Origin: an uncultured archaeon
Lineage (GTDB): Archaea > Asgardarchaeota > Lokiarchaeia > Sigyniarchaeales > SOKP01
Direction: 5' to 3'
DNA length: 57,966 nt
Assembly: GCA_964447495.1 (NCBI GenBank)
Contig: CAYUTF010000014.1
Location: 1-57,966 of the forward strand
Numbering within the stretch: the stretch's first letter is position 1; the number at the start of each line of letters is the position of its first letter. Shown here piece after piece: positions 51,320 to 57,966 of this stretch. The notes beneath the pieces are model-generated. The model ran no database searches. It worked only from the letters and a program-made list of their open reading frames with translations, and was not told where the DNA came from. A program made the position numbers and the translations under genes.

Positions 51320-52957
51320 CTGTCCGTAAATAAAAAGCAAATATTTGGAAATCTGTTTAATAATTTTCTCAATCAAAATACAGATGTTGAGGCTATAATC
51401 GTTTCAGACGAAAATGCATTTATTATCGCGGGTGAAAAACGTATGGATATCGATATCGAAATTGTCTCATTTTTAACGGCGGTAATCAACCCTCTTATCG
51501 AAAGGGTACGAGATGAGTTTTCTTTTAAAAAATTTGGAACTGCAAGTATTGATACAGAAGAACATAGATTGCTTTTTGTGTTAATTAATGAAACCACGAC
51601 ACTAAGCTTAGTAATTAAGAGCATGGGATCAATAGATGATATTGCTCCTTATGCCTACTTTCTTGCTGAAAAAACAGCACAAATTCTTGATGCAAAAGAA
51701 GTGGAGTTGGTGGAAATAACCATCCCCGATTTTAAATTCACGGGGGGAATATGTAGTACTGAAGATAGAATGAAAAATATCTTATACAAATCTAAAGTAG
51801 AGCAAGGAGGTATCTACCGATTTAAATTCATTGTCATTGGCGATCATAATGTGGGAAAAACCTCACTTATTAGGAGATTTGTAGAGGATAGTTTTTTGGA
51901 AAAATATCGTGCTACCATTGGATTAAATATTCTTTCGCATGATTTTGAGGCCTTTGGAAATAGGATAAGCATTATGCTATGGGACATTGGTGCTCAAAAA
52001 TTCTTTAAAAGATATCGAAAAACATACTATAACGGGGCACAAGCAGCCTTTATCGTATTTGATTTAACAAATAGAGACTCTTTTAATAACGTGACATATT
52101 GGCATAACGAACTGAAAGATTTTATTGATAATAAGGATCTGCCCATAATAATTGTTGGAAATAAAACCGATTTAGCTGAACAGCGGGCTGTTACAAATGA
52201 AGAAGGACTCCAATTAGCAACAGACCTATCGAAATTAACAGGACTCGCAGAGAATACGAATTTATCTGACTATTCTGATCTCTCATCTATTGAAAATAGT
52301 TCCCATACAAAAATATCATATATTGAAACAAGTGCTAAAACGGGCAATCGCGTCCAGGATGCGTTTAATCTAATTTCTTATAATTTTATTCTACGGTGTG
52401 AAGAAAAAGAACAATCATTATTAGAAGAAAAAATCTTAGATGAGATTAATTCCATTTTAGACATAAATAAACATCTAACGCTCACTTTTTTAAATAATTC
52501 TGAACTATGGAACCCGACTTTAAGAGTTTTATCTGAAATTAATAATTTAGGAAAACCAACGGATGTAAAAGATAAAAAGAAACAAAAGCAATATGAATAT
52601 ACCAATGGATTGGTTTTGAAAAGTTTTATTTTTGAATCCTATAAAGTCTCTGATTCTGATGGGGTTATATGTATTTTCGATGCAAGGAATAAGACAAGTA
52701 TTGATGAGTCCTGGATTACTATCCTTTCTGATATCATTTATAATTTGAAGAAAAACAAAGTGGTATCGGTAGGAATTAGGGTGTCTGATGAGAAATATTG
52801 GTCTAAATTGATAGAGAGTTTTAAGTTAGATGAAGAAGCTGAAAATCGCTTAGTTTCATTATTATTTTTCAGGATTCAAGATGATTCTATATTAGATGTG
52901 TACGAATTGCTGTCAGTTACATTAAATACTATTAAAAATCTTAGTTTTAGTTATTAG
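51320..52957 (+). CDS. Roadblock/LC7 - Rab-like GTPase - degenerate GTPase fusion
   Basis: Frame is open upstream of ATG 51443 through DVEAIIVSDENAFIIA (Roadblock strands), with CTG at 51320. GDHNVGKT, TIG, WDIGAQ, NKTD, SAK; C-terminal SDGVICIFD. Confidence 0.85.
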   Translation: MSVNKKQIFGNLFNNFLNQNTDVEAIIVSDENAFIIAGEKRMDIDIEIVSFLTAVINPLIERVRDEFSFKKFGTASIDTEEHRLLFVLINETTTLSLVIKSMGSIDDIAPYAYFLAEKTAQILDAKEVELVEITIPDFKFTGGICSTEDRMKNILYKSKVEQGGIYRFKFIVIGDHNVGKTSLIRRFVEDSFLEKYRATIGLNILSHDFEAFGNRISIMLWDIGAQKFFKRYRKTYYNGAQAAFIVFDLTNRDSFNNVTYWHNELKDFIDNKDLPIIIVGNKTDLAEQRAVTNEEGLQLATDLSKLTGLAENTNLSDYSDLSSIENSSHTKISYIETSAKTGNRVQDAFNLISYNFILRCEEKEQSLLEEKILDEINSILDINKHLTLTFLNNSELWNPTLRVLSEINNLGKPTDVKDKKKQKQYEYTNGLVLKSFIFESYKVSDSDGVICIFDARNKTSIDESWITILSDIIYNLKKNKVVSVGIRVSDEKYWSKLIESFKLDEEAENRLVSLLFFRIQDDSILDVYELLSVTLNTIKNLSFSY

Positions 52958-52980
52958 AGAGGAAATTTTTAAATATTTTT

Positions 52981-54234
52981 TTAAAGATTTATTTTCTCGG
53001 GGTACGCAATTTCAAGTAAGTCTAAAGCTAGCTTGGCTACTTCGAACGGAATTTTTTTAGTACTATCATCACTATGATATGCATTTTTTATGTTGTCTAA
53101 TAAGTATTCTGGAAAGAATATGATAGGCTCGATATCTGTTAATAAAAGTAACCACTCTTTTCCTTTCTGATCCTTAATTTCAGTTATAATATTAAGTTGG
53201 ATCAAATCATCCAAAATAAGGTCAATATCTGCAAATTCAGAAAAGATGTTAGGGATTTTATCTTTAGGATAAAATTTATTTCTTAACATAGCAAATAGAT
53301 CATAGATATCGGGATTTAGTAATAGGGAAGCAATTTTCTTTTTATCATCAACGGATTGGGCTTTATGATTATATTTGGAGAAGAAATCAACTACTTTAGC
53401 CTCATATCTTGGATACAATTCACTTTTCGTCTGCTTCAAATGCTCTAATAAATCATAATTAGGCACACGTAATATTTCAATATCTTTTATTAAAAATAAA
53501 TATTCTCCTTGATTTTCTATCAACCCTGTCCTTTTATCTCTTTTTCCTTTAATCCAATCACGACGAATAAGGTTCAATTCTAAAAAGGGTTCAAGCAATA
53601 CATCCATATCTGGGTTTTCTCTTATCTTTTCTAGCTTCTCCCTTACATCTTTTTTTGATCTTGGACTCTCTCGCAAGATGTTTAAAATTTCTAAACGTTC
53701 ATAACTATTAAATATTAATGCTGCTTTCTGAATTTTATCGAGACTGGTTAACCGTTTGATCTGAAAAATAGCATACTTTAATTCAGTTTCAATATTATCA
53801 TGAATCTTACTTATCAAGGAAATTTGATTGGTTTTCTTTGTCGTCTCGTTAGTCTCAAATAAGTAATACATTTTCTTTGCTACATTTTTTATGATATCTT
53901 CATATTTGCCGAGATCCTCATCTAGAGTGAAAATTAATAAGGTTAGGTATTGCGTTCCACTCTCTGCTTGCATAAAATATGAACTGACTTGATACGGTGT
54001 TTCTTTTAATCTCCCTTCGTAGAAATTACTAAATCCCCCCACGATTTCATGAATGCTTGTAGTATGATGATAGAGTATGGAAAATAAATCACTCGTACTT
54101 ATTAACTCCGAAAGGTTATTATCGGAGAAATCTTTGTTTTCAAACGTAAATACAATTGGTTTGAAATCAGGTTTCACCTCTCCCGTTGGTTTTTGGACCA
54201 AAACAAATTCAAAGGTCAATATTGCTTCTATCAT
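52981..54234 (-). CDS. Longin/uDENN-like domain plus tandem winged-helix protein (NPRL2-like architecture, tentative)
   Basis: N-terminal beta-beta-alpha-beta-beta-beta-alpha-alpha pattern; two wHTH-like units ending LEPFLELNLIRRDW and LDDLIQLNIITEI. Confidence 0.55.
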   Translation of the reverse strand: MIEAILTFEFVLVQKPTGEVKPDFKPIVFTFENKDFSDNNLSELISTSDLFSILYHHTTSIHEIVGGFSNFYEGRLKETPYQVSSYFMQAESGTQYLTLLIFTLDEDLGKYEDIIKNVAKKMYYLFETNETTKKTNQISLISKIHDNIETELKYAIFQIKRLTSLDKIQKAALIFNSYERLEILNILRESPRSKKDVREKLEKIRENPDMDVLLEPFLELNLIRRDWIKGKRDKRTGLIENQGEYLFLIKDIEILRVPNYDLLEHLKQTKSELYPRYEAKVVDFFSKYNHKAQSVDDKKKIASLLLNPDIYDLFAMLRNKFYPKDKIPNIFSEFADIDLILDDLIQLNIITEIKDQKGKEWLLLLTDIEPIIFFPEYLLDNIKNAYHSDDSTKKIPFEVAKLALDLLEIAYPEKINL

Positions 54235-54482
54235 GATGAAATTTTTTTTTTGTTTAAATGATTATAAAAGAATTATTATTTAATTCTTCTTCAAAAATAT
54301 TATTTGACATCTCGATTAAAAACTATAACCCATCGCAAATTATTTCATTAAAGGTTAATGGAATGGTTATAATATAATTTTCATAATTTTGAAAAGTGTA
54401 TGAAATAAAGTGCAAGAGATTAAATTATAGTAGTATTTTCATATTATTAATTATAATTTTGTATTTACTACAAGTGTTATAT

Positions 54483-57400
54483 ATGATAATTAATAATCTA
54501 AATAGATTTAAACAAAGAAGAATCTTAGTTTTAACGAGCCTTTTAATTAGCTTCATTTTAATGGCTTCTATAAAAAATCTTGATATAAATGCTAATTTAA
54601 TAATTGGAGCTCAAAAATATGATAAAAATGAGGCCTTTCAGAATGACATTTTAGAAATTCAAGATTTAGTTTCTGATAATACCTTCACGGGTATAGGTGC
54701 TCCCTGGAATGTAACTCATTATGCTAACCAAACAAAAACTAATTTAGATGTTAGTTTCAATAACAATTCCCATGATGATACTCACGCGCAAGTAAGTTTA
54801 TATGGATGGAATGGATATCAATTAAATTCTACAATAACAAATTTATATGATACACGGAATTGGATTAATGGAACATTTAATGCGGGTTTTTTTAGTGGTT
54901 CTCCTTCAGGTTCTAATGATAGTGCATATATTGATGGTTGGACATTTAAAACGAGTGACATAGGAACATATACTAATCCTATGAGTGGAAATTATTATGA
55001 TGGTTCAAATGATGATGGTGATTCTGATTATGAAAGTAGTTTGGAATTGTTGATTAATGAGGACACCGGGTATAATGGTCGTTATGACATTGGGGATAAA
55101 TGCTGGTGGGAATCTGTTTTTGATATTGATAGAGGGGATGTAGATGAAGCTTGGTTATCTTTTGCAGTTCGTCCAATATATGGTGATAACTTTAATAATC
55201 ATATGGTACTCCAAATTTTAGTAAATGGCAAAATAGTATGGGGTAATGGTCTTCAATCAATGTTAGATGCATCTGGTAATTCTAATGGTCAATGGTATAA
55301 TCCATATCCTATTTACTTAGATGGTAATGATGCACAAATATTTCCTGAAGGAATTAAAAATATGAATGTTACTTTAGAATTTAAAAGAGTTAGTGGAACT
55401 GCTTCTGGTTATGCATCTTCCTATTCTGTCCTTTTTGATAATGTTTCGTTAATAGTGAAATCTAAAGCAAAACCAAGTCAACTGGAATTGCAACTAAATG
55501 ATGAAGATGTGAATGATAATGCCAATTACGGTGAAGGCAACTTAGTTATTATCGGTAATTGGAATGGAAGCCTTCAATCATCAGTAATTGCTAATTTTAG
55601 CAGTGATTCGAACTGGCCGTATACATATCAAGATGACGGAAAGTGGATAAGTTATATGATCGAACTTACTACCAATTTAAATCTATACACAACAAAATCT
55701 ACTCCAGAAACATATTATACTGTTGATCCAAGTTTGGAATATCAAGGATCATCGTTTACAACATCTAATAATAGTAATACTAATTGGACAACATATGCGC
55801 ACATGGAGGTTCCAGCAGGATACGAAGAAACAAATATGACTATAGAATATCCCTCAGATTATAATTTAACGGGATTGTTCTTCTCGCTAAATCCTGACTC
55901 TCTTTCTCAAGCTTCGATCACAGAATATGGAAATAAAAAAGTTATAAATGTTCCAGTAAGTTCCATAACAAGCAATACAAACGGATTTTGGAAATTAACT
56001 GCAGTATCTCCGAATTACTGTAAAGAAATGGATATATATAATAATGTAACAGGCGATTGGGAGCTTAACAATGAATTTATAAGTGGAGAATATATTAACA
56101 TTACTGGAAAGATCGATAATTCTCAATTAATTTCTGGATATATCCAACAAACAAAAGCTCAGCTTCAAATAAGGTTCCCAAATGGTACAATTTGGTCAAT
56201 ACAAAAGCAAATAAAATTTATTGATAGTAATGGTATGGTGTATTTTGATCCTATCAAAATACCTGATGATGGACCAAATTATAAAGCAGGAGAGTATGAG
56301 GCAATTATTACATGGAATAATTCCTATTCATCTTTTGGAACAAATGAAACAGGGATTATTTATAAAAAGTTTGCTGTAATCCATGATTCTTTGCTATATC
56401 CTGAACAAGGCGTCTTTTTCATCGATAATGTAGCTGAGGATAGCATCATTAATATAAAAGTCTCATTTAACGATTTAGTAGATAATGAAGCAATAGATTA
56501 TGCATCAGTATATACAGATTTTACTGGAACAATCGAAACATTAGATAGAATAAGTCCAGGTTTTTACTTGTACGAATTTAATGCTAGTAAAGCCAATGCT
56601 GGAAATAATACTGTAACAATTTATGCCAATCATTCATTTTATCTTAATAAAGGTGTAAATATTACAGTTTATGTCATTAAATCCACTGTCCTTACAGCAG
56701 AGGAATATCCAAGTCTAGAGATTGCTTGGAATAAAAATTTTACCATCCATCTTAATTACACCTATAAATCAAATGGAATTGGTATTGAAAATGCAGATTT
56801 AACAATTGAATGGAACGGAGCGAAATCTTCAATGTCAAGCAATGGATTGTATAATATCACGTTTAATAGTTCCCTTTATCAGATAAATAAAGCATATAAT
56901 CTCAAAATTAAATTCGACAAAACTGGATGTGAGGAGCAGACAATGATAATATCCGTTGAAATAGTTCCAAGAGAAACTTATATTGAGAGCATTTTGATTA
57001 ACAATATAGACTGCACAGCTAACAAAACTTATAACATAAAATCTGGAAAATTGTTAAACTTTAAGATTACATATAACGATCTTGAATCTTCAGGAGCCTT
57101 TATTAAGGGAGCCATAGTTTCCCTAAATAAGAGTACTGAAATTGGAAAGATTTTCGAGGAAAATCCTACATATTATAATCTTACTTTAAACTCAATATAT
57201 TTAGGAGTTGGGACATCTTTTATTAGCATAATAGCTGAAAAGGTAAATTATACCTCTACAACTGTAATTCTTACTATAAATGTTTACGAAAGGGAGACTG
57301 AATATAAAATTTTTTTAGATGGAATAGACTATACGTCCAATCCGGCAATAACTACCTATACTAATCAAATAATCAATCTTACTGTTTCCTATAAGGATTC

Positions 57401-57966
57401 AATTACAACACAGTTTATAGGTGAGGCTACCGTCGATGTGAACGGCTCCGGCGTGTCTAAAATCCTTGTAGAGAGCTATGGTAATTATACGGTCTTGCTG
57501 GACACGACTGATCTAAACTTTGGGATTAACTTTTTAACTATTTACGCGAGAAAAGGGGGATACGAACCTCAATCGATCACACTTGCAATTCAAATAGTAC
57601 AAATAGAAACCGAGTTGGATTTGTACCTCAATGGTCAAGATAAAACCTTAAATCCTGCAATAACCACCTATACTAATCTAATCATTAATCTTACCGTTTC
57701 TTATAAAGAATTAATTTCAACACTGTTTATAGGTGGGGCTACCGTCGATGTGAACGGCTCCGGCGTGTCTAAAATCCTTGGAGAGAGCTATGGTAATTAT
57801 ACAGTCTTGCTGGACACGACTGATTTAAACTTTGGAGCGAATTTTCTAACTATTTACGCGAGAAAAGGGGGATACGAACCTCAATCGATCACACTTGCAA
57901 TTCAAATAGTACAAATAGAAACCGAGTTGGATTTGTACCTCAATGGTCAAGATAAAACCTTAAATC
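54483..57966 (+). CDS. Very large secreted/cell-surface protein with Ig-like repeats (runs off the window; absent from the ORF track)
   Basis: ATG 54483, MIINNLNRFKQRRILVLTSLLISFILMAS signal peptide, many NxS/T sequons; the same frame reads sensibly at the window end. Openness was spot-checked, not verified codon by codon. Confidence 0.88.
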   Translation, partial: MIINNLNRFKQRRILVLTSLLISFILMASIKNLDINANLIIGAQKYDKNEAFQNDILEIQDLVSDNTFTGIGAPWNVTHYANQTKTNLDVSFNNNSHDDTHAQVSLYGWNGYQLNSTITNLYDTRNWINGTFNAGFFSGSPSGSNDSAYIDGWTFKTSDIGTYTNPMSGNYYDGSNDDGDSDYESSLELLINEDTGYNGRYDIGDKCWWESVFDIDRGDVDEAWLSFAVRPIYGDNFNNHMVLQILVNGKIVWGNGLQSMLDASGNSNGQWYNPYPIYLDGNDAQIFPEGIKNMNVTLEFKRVSGTASGYASSYSVLFDNVSLIVKSKAKPSQLELQLNDEDVNDNANYGEGNLVIIGNWNGSLQSSVIANFSSDSNWPYTYQDDGKWISYMIELTTNLNLYTTKSTPETYYTVDPSLEYQGSSFTTSNNSNTNWTTYAHMEVPAGYEETNMTIEYPSDYNLTGLFFSLNPDSLSQASITEYGNKKVINVPVSSITSNTNGFWKLTAVSPNYCKEMDIYNNVTGDWELNNEFISGEYINITGKIDNSQLISGYIQQTKAQLQIRFPNGTIWSIQKQIKFIDSNGMVYFDPIKIPDDGPNYKAGEYEAIITWNNSYSSFGTNETGIIYKKFAVIHDSLLYPEQGVFFIDNVAEDSIINIKVSFNDLVDNEAIDYASVYTDFTGTIETLDRISPGFYLYEFNASKANAGNNTVTIYANHSFYLNKGVNITVYVIKSTVLTAEEYPSLEIAWNKNFTIHLNYTYKSNGIGIENADLTIEWNGAKSSMSSNGLYNITFNSSLYQINKAYNLKIKFDKTGCEEQTMIISVEIVPRETYIESILINNIDCTANKTYNIKSGKLLNFKITYNDLESSGAFIKGAIVSLNKSTEIGKIFEENPTYYNLTLNSIYLGVGTSFISIIAEKVNYTSTTVILTINVYERETEYKIFLDGIDYTSNPAITTYTNQIINLTVSYKDSITTQFIGEATVDVNGSGVSKILVESYGNYTVLLDTTDLNFGINFLTIYARKGGYEPQSITLAIQIVQIETELDLYLNGQDKTLNPAITTYTNLIINLTVSYKELISTLFIGGATVDVNGSGVSKILGESYGNYTVLLDTTDLNFGANFLTIYARKGGYEPQSITLAIQIVQIETELDLYLNGQDKTLN
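57343..57966 (+). repeat. Intragenic tandem repeat, 312-bp (104-aa) unit, at least 2 copies
   Basis: ACCGTCGATGTGAACGGCTCCGGCGTGTCTAAAATCC at 57429 and 57741; 57601-57654 recurs at 57913-57966. Confidence 0.95.

Overview
A strongly AT-rich archaeal window of about 58 kb. Its content points to a Lokiarchaeia (Asgard/Promethearchaeota) chromosome (inference): three Rab-like small-GTPase genes, a Roadblock-GTPase fusion, three proteins with Loki-CTERM-like IPFG/IPGF sorting tails and a BAR-like helical protein. Most of the window is a mosaic of stand-alone accessory metabolic, transport and surface-protein genes, including ABC transporters, an M28 peptidase, an OYE oxidoreductase, GapN, a glycyl radical enzyme, two FAD oxidoreductases and methyltransferases. 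It also holds a DUF433/PIN toxin-antitoxin pair, an orphan DNA methyltransferase and several gene remnants. I saw no rRNA, tRNA, CRISPR array or intact mobile element. Most notable: (1) a 48.9-54.2 kb cluster with a TrmB-like/coiled-coil protein, a Roadblock-Rab-pseudoGTPase fusion and a longin-like/tandem winged-helix (NPRL2-like) protein, a possible GATOR/Rag-like signalling module; (2) a stand-alone protein closely resembling the eukaryotic FAM92/CIBAR BAR domain; (3) a P-loop ATPase-nuclease-fold-HhH fusion whose Walker A lies upstream of the called ORF; (4) a Zn-ribbon-HEPN protein with a truncated duplicate; (5) apparent repeated use of CTG/ATA/ATT start codons, which hides one gene and several N-termini from the ORF track. 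All family assignments are from motif reading and memory, not database searches.
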